A stretch of DNA of 63,725 bases, the filler included, from Perkinsus chesapeaki ATCC PRA-425 (lineage: Eukaryota > Protista > Perkinsozoa): the NCBI GenBank assembly GCA_013115145.1. It is 9 parts of 9 records of this genome, joined end to end, with 100 filler letters (N's around TTAATTAATTAA, not from the genome) between each part and the next. Parts side by side here need not be neighbours in the genome. Positions count along the whole stretch, not along the records: positions 1 to 27,027 come from JAAPAO010000497.1; 8 more parts are not named here. One strand, given 5' to 3'. Each line of letters opens with the position of its first letter. The stretch's first letter is position 1. Under the pieces are notes generated by a model, which ran no database searches, was not told the DNA's origin, and saw only the letters and a program-made list of their open reading frames with translations. Positions 1 through 12,333 of this stretch are shown here, piece by piece. The position numbers were made by a program, and so were the translations under genes.

Positions 1-3000
1 TTCAGCTGTTTGTGTCACTGTCCCCTGACGCGAAGGTTTCAACCTCAGTAAAACGGCCAGTCTTCCTTGCGCAGTAAAAAGAGAGATTCAGTAATTGGCT
101 GGTTGATCGCATCGTTTTTTCTCAATTTCGTCCGGCTAAAAAGCAAAGTCGTACCGGAGTCCGTAATGTCGCTGACCCGCAGTAAGGTCTTGCATATACT
201 CTTCCAACCGAACCATTTTATTATACCTTACCAAGCACTGCTTGGCGAGCAGTAAGGGCCACAGGGGCGGCGCAACTATCCTCCTACTGCCCAACGCACC
301 CGTTTTTTCAGGGAGTTCAGGGCAACTCCCTCGATCGAGGAGCAAGTCGGAGGACACAGGGATATTGTACTCACCCTCTCGGAGGGTTCGGAGCAGGATA
401 CGGTTATCTACCACTTTGAGATATTTACTCGGAACTGTTTGGTAGGAAATTGTTACCCACAAAGTCGAAAGAATCAAGAAACGAATACAGAGAAACGTGA
501 AACAGTAATGCAAGTTATTAGAGGCCGCAGTTACATCACAATCAATCTTTTGCTTTCGCACAAAGCATTAATAAACTGCACCGGATCGACCATAGCGTCA
601 CCGTTGCCGCGGAGCATGTTCTTGTTGCAGCCGACTGGGACGAGCTTCATATCAGAGATAATCTGTTTTCTCAACTTTTTCCATACGTCCGGGCCTTGTT
701 TGTTGGCCCATCGCCTCAGGTTTAATGGAGACATGCTGCCCTCTTGCTCAACTGTAGGGCTGCCAACATTGCGCCATAACCAATCAAGAACGCAGCTTTC
801 TGCACCAAGACGATAGCAGTTAGGCGATAAACAAACAGCCACGAAGAGCTCAGGCGTACAAGTATCTTAATAGGAGGAAGCCTACGCACACATTCAGACG
901 TTATCGTTGAAACATACTGTCACGTCGGCTGTCCCATAGAACTTCCGTCACACCATCGCCTGCGTTTGGCCGCACCAGTTGGACATCTCTCTCGCTTTTC
1001 AGCCATCGTTGATGTTGATGCCAAGCCGAACGACAGAACATGGCATGAGCCTTGATCTCGACTAATGCCAGCGCCTTCGAGCTTCGCTTATCTACTATCT
1101 GAAAGCTTGGATATTTGCAATCATGTAGAGTAAGGCAAGGATGATACCGCAACGTCGACTTCCCCCACCCGTTCTTCGCCTTGCATCCATATGGCTCCGA
1201 CGACCTCTTCAGTATCTTCCGCTCGGATACTTAGTCGATTGCAGATCTTAGAAAAGAATCAAATCACCTGTACGGCAACCAGGTTCGGTAACTCACTTCA
1301 TCGCTGGCCAGGTGCACCTTCACGTCGCTGGTCTCCATCTTGTGGCCGCGAGAGGCTCGATCCCGTCCGATGCTCTCGTCCAACTCATTCCACTGCAGTT
1401 CTACATCCCGCAAGCCGCTTGATTGCCAGTAGGCTTCAGCGCGCTGGAGATCGGCAAAGTCCTTATGGGACACGCGCGCCTTCCTCATCACTTCCAGTTT
1501 ACCCTAAATAGACACTTCCTTAATAACACCCTTATCTCACTGCCCCTGATAAACTACTGAGCTGAAACTTGCGCACAACACTAAATCGATCAACCGTTTC
1601 ATCCTTATGTCTTGTACATTCCAACACACTCAACATAAAGAGGACAACTCAGTGCACCAGCACTTTTATCATTTTAAAGGATCGGCGGCATCGAGACCTC
1701 TCTTACAGGTGTCGCAGGATCCATTAAACCTGGTAGACCGGTCCACTAAGGATTGGTATAGGTGACGATGGATAATGATAAGATTTCCCAAAAACTTTAA
1801 GAAGGTAATTTCAGGATACATTCCAATACCTTCATATTTTCGCACGTTGAGATGGGGACAAAGTAGCCCACCTTTCGTATATCAATTTCATGCTGTCGTT
1901 TAACCATCAGATCCTCCGCTGTTCGCGTGTCATCTGGGTGCTTAGAGCGTATCTTTTTGAGTATCTTTTCCGCGTCCTGTCTCGTCATCGGCCGACTGAC
2001 GTGCTCTAGCTGCCAGGCCAGGGTTATCTCGCCTTCGCCTGGGCTGCCCCACTTCTGTCGCATATCCTTCATAACTCCCAGTAAAGAAGTAAAACTCACT
2101 GACTTCCCGCAGGCAACTGAAACCAGAGCACCGCATAACACATCACCGCGCAACCGAATTTATACAATCCACGAATCTAAGCCTTCAGAAAAAGAAGAGA
2201 CGAATTTCGTAACAGAACCATGAATCTCCCGTTGATCATTGGCCCGGATTCCCACAAGGTTGTCTCCCCGCATTCACTAAAATGTTCGAATGTGAAAGCC
2301 TAAGTCGTCCCATGCCCACCTCTATCAACAAGCAACTGTAGTTGGGGATCTTTGTCCAGCATAAGCTGCTTGTATAACAGCTCATCTCCTTGTCGTAGTA
2401 GTTCGTTACGTGGTGAATCCGCCAGCTCATATGCTAGATTATCAGCGAAGTCCTCGAACTCTCTGTTCCCTTCATCGTCATCTCTAGTATACAACCCACA
2501 AGGAATGATAAGGGACAGACAACGCAGTAGGATTGACAGCAGCGGCTTTTGCGTCCAAGAGAACTGAGTACAAGGAGGAGGAGGTGAGTTTCACCGATGA
2601 CTCTCCTGGAAGACGAAGGTTCCCGTCACACGTATGGCGTTCGGAGGCTCTAACAAATCGACTTGCAAACGATCCCGGACGACATTTCCTAGAACCAATC
2701 GCATAGTCCCGCTCTTTAAGAAACATCACTGCTCTGTTCCTGTCTAGCTCCAATTAAATAGCATCGCCCCCTAGTCCCCAACCTCTCCCTACCACTCTTT
2801 GTCTAACTCTTGCTGGTATCACCCCTGTGCGGCATGCACTATACAACGTATCCATCACCAGCCTGGCCGCTCTGTGCATCAATCGCCCATGGCATTTCCT
2901 ACCGATCCAAGCTGTGAATGAAGTCGACTTGCCATTTGAGAAGGAACGCATTTATGCTGCTGCTGCTCTACTAGTGAGTTGGCATCCCCGTCGCTCTTCC

Positions 3001-3239
3001 GACATGAAATTGGAGTGTCGTTGGCCACAGCAATTTGCCTCCCCTTTTTGCAGTTACGCTTTACGTTGCGAACGGTACGAGCGACATCCGAATTTGAATC
3101 CCCCACTTGCAGGAGTTGATCCGATGGACTGTTGTGGCCAGAAGACTCCTAGTGATGTCGTGTTAATCTCATCATCGGTTCGCCTGGCATGATTCCAGCC
3201 CAAACTAGGAACACAAGCGCGATGCATTGATACGGCCAA
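1..3239 (-). CDS. Probable large multi-exon gene(s), hypothetical protein
   Basis: Series of minus-strand ORF fragments (136-561, 531-842, 901-1152, 1264-1491, 1797-2153, 2300-2753, 3054-3239) separated by short intron-like stretches; no family recognised. Confidence 0.35.
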
Positions 3240-3345
3240 TAATTAAGCCTTATTTAATGAAAAGGAATGGATGATTCTGATGACAGGCCCTCAAGACGGG
3301 ACTGATGTTCTACTAGGATTGGCGATGCCAGCAGCAGCATGCCAA

Positions 3346-4451
3346 TCACAACTTTGAATAACTCACATCGTTATAAATCTTCCTCATATTATTAGTCGAC
3401 ACTGAAGTGTACAAAGGATCCTCAAAGAAGTACCTGCCAACAACCGATACTCCAAGTTATCTTCCACGTCATTGAATCGCGTAGCGTTATGGAGCAGGGA
3501 GATATCCGTTCCCTATTCATGGCCATTTGATGCATGTTTGAACTGTGTAAAAGGCAAGTTGGCAGCCAATGCTAGATCCTCGCCTACGATGAAATCGCCT
3601 ACCCTCACAAAAATGCGTCTACTAGAGTCCTAATGTGGAGTAGGATATACAGTGGGAACTGCACTCAAAACACCGAAGAGGCAACATCAACGGGGAAAGT
3701 ATGATGTTCGTCTATGACTCTCAATCTTATGAAACTACTCCAAGTCACCCCGTGCCCGGCGAACTGCATATAATGTCCCAAAACTCTTACCTCGGAATTG
3801 ACCAGAAGAGCCCAGGAAGGCGTCTGATGGCTCTGACCCTCTGGGGACGAAGCCCTATAGGATTGTAATCCGCATAATCTGGTTCATTATCAATAAGACT
3901 ATTAGTGTATCTGATATTGTTCTTCTTTAAAAGCGAGAGCTCTACCCCCCTCCCTTACGGCATAAGAACGTTCTTCAACCTTGGGTTCAGATAGGGAAGA
4001 GCGTAAGCAAACTGTCTGTGCCTATCTGGCCACATTTTACGAAGTTCTTGACGACGAAGGTATCTTAAAAAGCAAGAGATGCACGCTCGACCTCCGGTCT
4101 ACTACCACAAGACTTACACGTCGGGATTGAAAAGGAAATGCCTCCAACCAATGGCCACCATAATACCAAGTGCTGTGCCAAGCAAAGCAGCGTAGTTATA
4201 CGAGGGGACATCATAGAACCATTCCTTCACTTGTTGACGGAATAGGAACTCCGATAGCATCGGATCTGTCTGCCGACGGGAGTAAATGCCATAACGATTA
4301 CGCCACCTTGAGCCACCACATTACCAATAATCCCATTTAAGTCTACTCACCATTGCACTGTGTGGACGCCATTCTCGGAATACATAGGCACACCTAGCTT
4401 GATAGGCGGGCCGTAGTCCCTCAGGCCTCCTAACACCGCACGACGAAACAT
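3346..4451 (-). CDS. NDUFA4: NDUFA4/COXFA4-like cytochrome c oxidase subunit (myzozoan type), copy B, multi-exon
   Basis: Manual splice gives MFRRAVLGGLRDYGPPIKLGVPMYSENGVHTVQWWRNRYGIYSRRQTDPMLSEFLFRQQVKEWFYDVPSYNYAALLGTALGIMVAIGWRHFLFNPDVYLRRQELRKMWPDRHRQFAYALPY...RYFFEDPLYTSVSTNNMRKIYNDVSYSKL*. Mitochondrial-presequence-like N terminus; TM helix followed by RHFLFNPDV resembles NDUFA4 RLALFNPDV. Confidence 0.7.
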
Positions 4452-4857
4452 ACTATATCAATATAGCTGATAACAGTAATGTGAGACATAGTTGAAAATT
4501 CAATGGAGCTCAGTAAGAATAGCCGAGCATCTAAAATCAACGACGAGCATCGCTACAAGGACTAAAAAGGAGGTGATGGGCATTTGGAGAACTGCAGCCT
4601 TTACATCAACCACTACACAGAGACACATTTCAAGGAATTAAATGACAGGAAAATGTATATCCGATAAGATACCATAGGGGACTGAAGAGGACTCAACTCA
4701 AGATGGATGCAGTGGTATAAGATATAAACCCTCCCTAAATACAGCAGCAGCATGTCCCAAATACGAACTAGTAATAATAACAGACCCCTAGGGGACTGAT
4801 GTACACGAGATAATAGAGATTAATATCATGGGAGTATTGCCTATATATAATTATACA

Positions 4858-5641
4858 TTAGAGCTCAGAGTAGCCAATGTCCTTATAGATCTTTTGCATG
4901 TTTTTAGTGGATACACTCGTATAAAGAGGATCCTCGAAAAAATACCTGAATAAAGACGATATGGTGCCACGGAGATAAGTGGTAGCCTTCTTCGTCTTAC
5001 TGAGGAATCGACCACAAGGCGTATATGCGACGAAGGGCCATGACCCTCTGTGGGCGAAGACCGACGGGGTTGTAGTCAGCGTAATCCGGCTCGTTATCAA
5101 TAAAGCTGTTCTTGTACCTAAGATGCATTATGAATGATATGAAGGGAGGGGATGGTTGTTACGGAAGGCATAGGTTCTTAAGCTGGGTGTTCAGATAGGG
5201 CAAGGCGTAGGCGAACTGTCTATGCCTATCGGGCCACATCTTACGGAGCTCTTGACGTCTAACGTAACTAATAGGGAAGGTTAACATATTAATGAAAGAT
5301 ATCTTTACACATCAGGGTTGAAAAGGAAGTGCCTCCAGCAAATTGCAATGCAGATGCCGAGAGCTGTCCCGACCAAAGCAGCGTAGTTATACGAGGGGAC
5401 ATCATAGAACCATTCCTTCACTTGTTGACGGAATAGGAACTCCGATAGCATCGGATCTGTCTGCCGACGGGAGTACAGACCATAACGGTTACGCCACCTA
5501 AAGCAGCATAATTTGTTAATGTTGGTCAGGGTCGACTCACCATTGGACTGTGAAGGAACCGTTCTCCGAATACATAGGGACGGAGAGTTTAGTAGGAGGG
5601 TGATAGCACCTCAACCCACCGATAAAGGATCGACGTAACAT
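4858..5641 (-). CDS. NDUFA4: NDUFA4/COXFA4-like cytochrome c oxidase subunit, copy A (tandem paralog), multi-exon
   Basis: MLRRSFIGGLRCYHPPTKLSVPMYSENGSFTVQWWRNRYGLYSRRQTDPMLSEFLFRQQVKEWFYDVPSYNYAALVGTALGICIAICWRHFLFNPDV...RRQELRKMWPDRHRQFAYALPY...RYFFEDPLYTSVSTKNMQKIYKDIGYSEL*; shared intron positions with copy B. Confidence 0.7.
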
Positions 5642-5834
5642 GTCCAAAAACACTACAGTAGGCACACTCACTCCAAGAGGGAACGCGAAGCCCAGCAACA
5701 ACCACGCGCGTTGTAAAAAGCGCGCGCCCTCGTGATCGATTCAACTGATGCATTTTGATACGGCAAAACTTCGAGGATGCAATCTGAGTACGTGGGGAAG
5801 GCATTTGCCCGTCTGAATACCATCTTTTTGTTTT
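5642..5834. promoter_or_regulatory. Short divergent intergenic region (probable bidirectional promoter)
   Basis: About 200 nt or less between the minus-strand start at 5641 and the plus-strand DDHD gene; contains CGCGCG boxes (acgcgcgttgtaaaaagcgcgcgc). Confidence 0.3.
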
Positions 5835-8528
5835 ATGAATGCTGTTAGGTTCGTCTGGGTTCACGAACCGTGCTTTGGTGAGGGTCCAGCGCCGACATCT
5901 GTCCAACAGTCTGGTGCTACTAGCGAGTCCACGAAGACCTCATGGACAGCCTTCCCTCAATGCGACCAGAACAGGCTTAATGCAGCTATTATATCTGGCA
6001 AAGTACTACCAAAACTTCCTTTAATCGTGCTCCAAGATACCCTTCAGGACGAAGCGTTTGTCTACGGGTATCGCTGGGTGGTCCATGTCCGCAATGGCAC
6101 GATGTCTCCTCGCTTCTGGAAGGCAAATACGAGGAGAGTTATGAGAGTTTTGTGGCATAAAGAAGGTCAGATCGCCAAGAGCTTAGTCTGATTGTTCGAA
6201 ATACTTTAAAGACGTATTTGCCTCGAAACTTCTAGTAGGGAGGAAGACTGGGAGGCCTTATCATAGTAGGAGGGATGGAGATGATAATGTGTCGACTTAG
6301 GCCTGCCTTACACAGAGGAGGAGTCCTTGATGATAGACTCCTGGGCACGGTCACCGATAGACATAGGCAAACCTTTAGTAGTGTTAGTGATAGGTGGGAT
6401 TGTGAAGGTGGCATAGAGATGTAAGGTACTACCAGATGGTAAGAGACGTATTGAAGTTAATACGGAAACACAGGAGATAGTGGAGGTCATAATTGGATGG
6501 TTTACAAGGTGATGATGTGAAGGCGGATATACCGTATACTGCCGGGCCATCACTGCTGAGGGATTCTGGACTACTTCACTGGGGCTGGTGCAACAGCTCA
6601 GTGCAGAGTCTAGACAAGAACACAATACGAAATAATAGATAGGATGTAGAGTAACAAAGATTACTTTGGTATTATATATCGTCTCTGACATAGTGTTCAT
6701 TACGGAGCCCTCCGAGCCGCCGTCATATTGACTCACCTTAGCGCAGTATAACAAAGATTATCAGTCATACTATTGACAACACCCATTAACATCTTTCCCC
6801 TCCTCGTCTAGTCCCAAGATCCCCATCACCCGCGGTTGGCCTAGCATTCCTGTCCACGGTGACTCTGCAGTGCCGGTATCAGATCTAGTAGGTTCAGAGG
6901 GCATTCTGGTTCATGTAGTATCATATAGGTTATTTGCATCCATGGTATCGGTGAGCATCTATGGTCTCAGCAGGCCTTCGCTCAACCAGGCCTGGTCGAG
7001 CAGTGCCGAGGCCTTAGGGTGATGGTCAACGATACAAAAAAGGAAGCTAGTACCAAACGGATAGAGTGAGGGAGAGGAGTGCATGGCGGGGGGTAGAGTT
7101 ACTAAGGTTTTTGCCGGTCGAATGGCACTCGGTGATCCATTCAAATGACGATGCAGTTAAACGTCAACTGGAGGCTATCACATTACCATCAGTTCCGATG
7201 CTACGTAATAGTGTGCTCGGGGGGGAGAGGGTTATGTGGGTATGACAGGCACTATGACAAATGATTGCATATCTGATGTATTGTTTTATCAAGGATCACA
7301 ATATCAGAATAAGATAAGGGAGACAGTTGTGCGAAATATTAATAAAACTGTAGGAAGGGGGGACTTCTGGGGCGCTATGGTTTCACCATTGATCAAGATG
7401 ATACGGCAAGCGTTTATGCCTGCAATTCTCGCGGCCCTGAGCCGCCGCTCGACCCTTGAACAGTTGAGCTCCTTATGGGGGGGACACGACACAAGAAGGC
7501 TCCATGGACTCACGGCCCTGGGGTCCTCTTTCCTTGAAGCCTTAATAACTCACATTGCTGATGTTTATTCTGGGCCACTCTCACTGGTAGGTCCAATCGT
7601 ATCTATCTTCATTGGACGCATCAAGTCCTGTTCCGAAGATATCCTTTATATGCCATTCGCTGGGATCAGTGATTATATACGATATTCTGCATAGGCAAAA
7701 GGACACTAATGTCATACATAGAGGAAGCTCATACCGTATTTCCCTCTGATCGTAGATCCCGGCTACGGAGCGTCTGGACTTTGGTCCCACCCTAGTCGTT
7801 ACCATTCCTTGTCTGTTTCTCATCGGCTCTCCAGTGGCACTCTTTCTGACCTGTCGGGGATCTTGCGCGGATATCATTCCTGAGGTGAGGATTCCATCCA
7901 AGTCCAGCCATCATTTTGATCAGCACGTTTGTCATCGACTATATAACGTATTCAATCCCACCGACCCCGTAGCGTACCGGATAGAGCCTCTGCTAAGCCT
8001 GCGAATGAGGAGCGCCCCACCAGAGCACGTACCGCACTTCTCTCAACTCCCCAAAGAATCCTGGTATAGGTGCCAGCCTTCAGTGAAGGCGGCGGGGTTC
8101 GAGCCCACGTCCAACTGAAAGGAGTAATGAAAGCTCTTGCCGATTCAGCGTATGAAGTTGCCACCAAAGACGGTGGCATCAAAAACGCGTTTATCGGTCC
8201 CATGAAATCATTCCTCGGGCTCGACGCTGATGAGGTAGCGGCGCGCATTATCGTTACCGGATTGGCGGTGTCAGATGGACAGCCTTCACACGGCAATTGA
8301 AAGTGTTATGGCAATTAATGGGGGAGAGAGGATTGACTGGGTTGGTGGCCTCAGGCGGCGAATCTTAGGTTGAAGCGTGCACAGGTGCTTCAAGAAGGGT
8401 TGATAGAATCAGCGAACGATTACGTCACAGCAGTAGTGAGCCACAATCGTTACTTCAACAACGAGGACTTTGCTGCCTTTGTGAAGCACAAACTCGCTCA
8501 GCCAAGTGGATCGTCGAGCAGTTATTGA
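5835..8528 (+). CDS. DDHD-domain phospholipase A1 (PA-PLA1/SEC23IP family), multi-exon; start approximate
   Basis: Lipase motif HSLGSVIIYDIL (about 7654-7690), FLIGSPVALFL, LYNVFNPTDPVAYRIEPLL, GERIDWV, and C-terminal SHNRYFNNEDFAAFV ending at TGA 8526-8528. Confidence 0.85.
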
Positions 8529-8637
8529 TATGTGTTTAGACTTGTCTCGATCATTATAGAAGTGTTCTCGTTGGTGGGCCGGCGGGGGCGGCGGCGTCAG
8601 TCAGTGGTATCCCCGGTAGATTCTGTGACAATTAATG

Positions 8638-9515
8638 AGATGCCACTGACGTCAGTCTTCAACGGGTTTGTTGACAAACTAGCCAAATACGGTGATTCAA
8701 AGGCGAGCTATGATACAGTGGAGAGCGAGGAAGGAGGGGATCCATATAAGGAATTAGCCCGGCGAGATCAAGTGAGAATAATACCCCAGCCGGGGATCGA
8801 ACCAGGGACCTCGTCAGATACTTGATTTCTTCGAAAGAGATTACGATGATGTAATGGGATATCTCCCTGAAGCGTTGGAAGGCATAGCTCCCAAGGGAGT
8901 GTTGGACCGTGGCAGGGCCGGTATAGAAGAGTACATGGAGGACCTCAGGTGTGCGATAGAATCTGCGCGAGATGTATCATCGCTGTCAGGGTCGCGTACT
9001 ATAACGCTGTCAACGGCGAGGCCTTCCAGAACCAACAGCTAGAAGTACTTGTGCCATTATTGATAGAAAAAAGGGAAAATCTGAAGAAGCTGCTCGTGAC
9101 GGGAATGTCTAGAAACACCAAAGTTTATAAAGTGGGCGATGATGGAACTATGAAGTGATACGTCCAACTTGTCAGGATATGAAGATATCACTTGAGCACA
9201 CTAAGCTGGACATACAGGACAGACTGGACAAGAGGAATATTAAACACCAAGAGCGAATGGAGTTGGTTCCGAAGCTGACCAAGATCATTGGCCGAGCCAA
9301 GTTGGCGAAGTTTCTGGCAACCACTGACAATGGGGCTAACAGTAAGGCACAAGGATTTCGGAAAGGAGAACTTTATTATTATGTTAGGCAACTGTGTAGA
9401 AGTGATGAGCCCGAGCAGTAAGACATCTGAGGAGGAGCCGGCCCTGCGGCAAAGGCGGAAGATCTATTCTAATAAGGAGCTGACGGCTCTGCTGCAACGA
9501 GACGATGATGCATGA
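8638..9515 (+). CDS. Multi-exon hypothetical protein
   Basis: Consecutive plus-strand coding-like segments separated by GT..AG introns; last exon ends ...LLQRDDDA*. Confidence 0.4.
8784..8812 (-). repeat. tRNA T-arm/B-box-like relic in an intron
   Basis: Minus strand reads GAGGTCCCTGGTTCGATCCCCGGCTGGGG; no matching acceptor stem or D arm found. Confidence 0.45.
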
Positions 9516-9731
9516 CGATCTGTGAATAATATTAATGTGAGTTTTGACATGCAACTTCTGGCATTCATCTACTCGTCAGAGTCTGTATTATTATAGTGCT
9601 ATTACTTCTTCATCTTCAACTACAGTGTTGCTAATCCTATATTTCACATTCGCCCCTTTAGCTACTTTTAGTATTTCATGTTGAGTTCAAGTGAAGTAAA
9701 TGTTATCGTTTGTATCATATTTTAAAGATCG

Positions 9732-10013
9732 ATGGTATACACCGGCAGTCGGATACCATGGTATCGAACCTGGGGAGTGTTCTGGCCTGTGGCTTATCTC
9801 ATAGGTGAGCTCGACCAGGCAAATAGCGGATCGGTTCTCATTACTCCAGGTGTTCCAACATTGCTCTACATCGGCCATAGGGTCAAGAATGTCCTCACGT
9901 ACGAGTTAGATTTTGCCCTTGCACGAGAGACATGGAAATATACGAGCAAACCCGAGGCCGTTAGAGAGGCGGTTCCGGAGAGGGTTAGGGATGATCGAAA
10001 AGATGTACAATGA
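9732..10013 (+). CDS. Small single-pass membrane protein, one intron
   Basis: MVYTGSRIPWYRTWGVFWPVAYLI, then intron gtgagc..ccag, then GVPTLLYIGHRVKNVLTYELDFALARETWKY...KDVQ*. Confidence 0.5.
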   Translation: MVYTGSRIPWYRTWGVFWPVAYLIGELDQANSGSVLITPGVPTLLYIGHRVKNVLTYELDFALARETWKYTSKPEAVREAVPERVRDDRKDVQ

Positions 10014-10809
10014 ACTATTATCATGTTTCTCAAAATACTTGTCTTGAGCTGCCAAGTCGGGTCTAGTGGGAAGTGAAATGTGACTGGAATGACTTGTGGG
10101 GCGAGAACACACTTGTCGAAGCCTCGCTGAAGACTGATGATGTGATAGCATGCCGAGAGCATTAACCCGGCTGAGAATCACTGAGCTCAGTGCAAGGCAC
10201 CCAAGAACCTCGGTGCATAACTCAACTGATATAATTGAAGAATCCCTCTCACAGTATTAGAATGGGTGAAGCACGACACGATCCAAAAGTTTACCGTAGT
10301 CAATATCTCCGGTTTACCAGTGGCTGTCCCTAGCACTAGCGTCTTTGAGGATTTCGTCGGCGTCTGTTGAGGTTTACTCGCAAATCTAAGTCGATCGTCA
10401 CCTTCCTGCATTGCGATTTTACAAACGTTCTCGAAGGTGACTAGCATCAAACTGATCAACCTAGTCGAGGCCGAAGCAAAAGTCTAAGCCGTACAAGCTC
10501 TCAGTGAGGATAAGCTCCGAACTGACTTGGGAGTCCATCCCCAAACACGAGTGCTATAAAACGTATTCGAAAGACGGCGAGGTGTTACCTATCAATCGTC
10601 AGACATTCGATAAAAACCTTTGTGTATTGGATGGAACTTCATATTTTCCGTCGACTCAAACACGACAGGATTTGTTGAACTCGTCAATCCATTCATGGAA
10701 ATCAGACAGCTTCATATCAATATCGACCAACATGTCGATTAATAATAGGTATATACAAGAAGGGTCGTCTAATGAGTTACTATCAAGCAGAAGATGTAAC
10801 GAACTCACC

Positions 10810-12333
10810 CTAAGGAAGAATAGTTGTTTCAGTAGGGCCTTCAGTGGTGGTGCCAACGGGGCCTTCAGTGGTGGTGCCAACGGGGCCTTCGGTGGTAGAG
10901 CCAACGGGGCCTTCAGTGGTAGAGCCAACGGGGCCTTCAGTGGTAGAGCCAACGGGGCCTTCAGTGGTAGAGCCAACGGGGCCTTCAGTAGGAGTTGATT
11001 CAGCGGGGCCTTCAGTGGTAGAGCCAACGGGGCCTTCAGAAGGAGTTGATTCAGCGGGGCCTTCAGTGGTAGAGCCAACGGGGCCTTCAGTAGGAGTTGA
11101 TTCAACGGGGCCTTCAGTGGTAGAGCCAACTGGGCCTTCAGTGGGAGTGAAGTCAGTCATCGGTGGGACCGTTGTGGGATAAGGTGTCGTTGTGGTGAGG
11201 ACGGAATGGTCGAAGCTCAGCTCAATAGTCGAATCCTCAACCCTGTAGGTATCATCAACGGTGTACATCTGACTGTAGTCGCCAAAGATGCAGAACCCAC
11301 CACAGCCTTCTTCGATGTTTGCCGTAGTTGACTGCATGCCTCGCTGGACTCCCCTCCATTGAATGATGTAAGGCAGACCGTGGGCCAAAGACTTCACACG
11401 ATAACCGCGCATGTAGCCGGAACGCTTTCTGATAGCAAGAATGACATCACCGGAAGTTATCCAAACTGGATCTCTCCTTTTCGGATGACTGGCGGAATAC
11501 CAGGCCTTATGATCATCAAAGACTACACAGTGAAGCCTCTCATCATTGAATTGATGGATCAAATACCAAGCACCATCAGCTCCAGCAGAACCAAAGCATG
11601 GAACAGCAGTCTGGTCCCATGGAAGGTAGACTTCAGCACGAGCCTTGGCTGTTAGAGTGACACGGTGGTAGTCGTGGTCATCACCGTCGTAGTGTTCGGG
11701 CGTGGAAGTAGTTTTGACCATCGCATCAGGATTGGAATCATTGGACATGCGAGGCTCAAAAGGAATTGGTTTGAAGTAATAAGCGCTGATGTAAGCGTTT
11801 CCCATACCGTTGTAGATCTTAACTGTGGGGTAGTAGCCAAACCAATGACCGAACGTGCCACCCTGGACATCAATAGTGAGATAACGGAAGTCATCCTTGT
11901 TGACGTTATTGTCACTCGTCTTGGCATAGACAGTCACATCAGTGGCGACGCTACCATACTCGTCCAACTTGAATTCACCCGAATATACACCAAGCTTGCT
12001 AGTCTTGCGGGTATCGAAAAAATCACCCGGCAAAACATCGGTAATGACGGGAGCTTCCTCCTTCATACGTCCACCGGATGCATGATGTAGCAGATGATAT
12101 ATCATCGTCATCACGCCATACTCATCGTAGCCGTCATCATGATCGTCAGTGGGTGGGGTTGGCATGGGCATCTTCGTGGGGAGATATTCCTCTACACCTG
12201 GGCTCGGCGTGGTAGTAGATAGTGGAGTGAAAGGAGTGGAAGTTTCAGCCACGGCAGTGAATAGACCGGTGCAGATAACTGCAGACTTGAGCATTTGCGT
12301 TAGAGGAATGTAAAGCCTGAACATAAAGTTCAT
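10810..12333 (-). CDS. Secreted mucin-like protein with Thr-rich C-terminal repeats
   Basis: 507-aa ORF; signal-peptide-like MLKSAVICTGLFTAVAE; T/P-rich linker, two globular-looking regions, C-terminal (STTEGPVG)n. Confidence 0.75.
   Translation of the reverse strand: MNFMFRLYIPLTQMLKSAVICTGLFTAVAETSTPFTPLSTTTPSPGVEEYLPTKMPMPTPPTDDHDDGYDEYGVMTMIYHLLHHASGGRMKEEAPVITDVLPGDFFDTRKTSKLGVYSGEFKLDEYGSVATDVTVYAKTSDNNVNKDDFRYLTIDVQGGTFGHWFGYYPTVKIYNGMGNAYISAYYFKPIPFEPRMSNDSNPDAMVKTTSTPEHYDGDDHDYHRVTLTAKARAEVYLPWDQTAVPCFGSAGADGAWYLIHQFNDERLHCVVFDDHKAWYSASHPKRRDPVWITSGDVILAIRKRSGYMRGYRVKSLAHGLPYIIQWRGVQRGMQSTTANIEEGCGGFCIFGDYSQMYTVDDTYRVEDSTIELSFDHSVLTTTTPYPTTVPPMTDFTPTEGPVGSTTEGPVESTPTEGPVGSTTEGPAESTPSEGPVGSTTEGPAESTPTEGPVGSTTEGPVGSTTEGPVGSTTEGPVGSTTEGPVGTTTEGPVGTTTEGPTETTILP
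10835..11150 (-). repeat. 24-bp coding minisatellite encoding STTEGPVG
   Basis: Unit ggggccttcagtggtagagccaac with variants, about 13 copies. Confidence 0.95.

Noticed and set aside
48-61. GTAAAACGGCCAGT resembling the M13 forward primer
   Set aside because: Lacks the internal GAC and has no vector flanks; chance match.
4306-4316. TGGCTCAAG resembling the 3' end of the perkinsid/dinoflagellate spliced leader
   Set aside because: Only 9 nt, and it is the acceptor of an ordinary intron; the rest of the leader is absent.
10504-11182. Alternative-frame ORFs (GANGAFSG, LKAPLALP, VEPTGPSV repeats)
   Set aside because: Shadow frames of the 24-bp coding repeat of the mucin-like gene.
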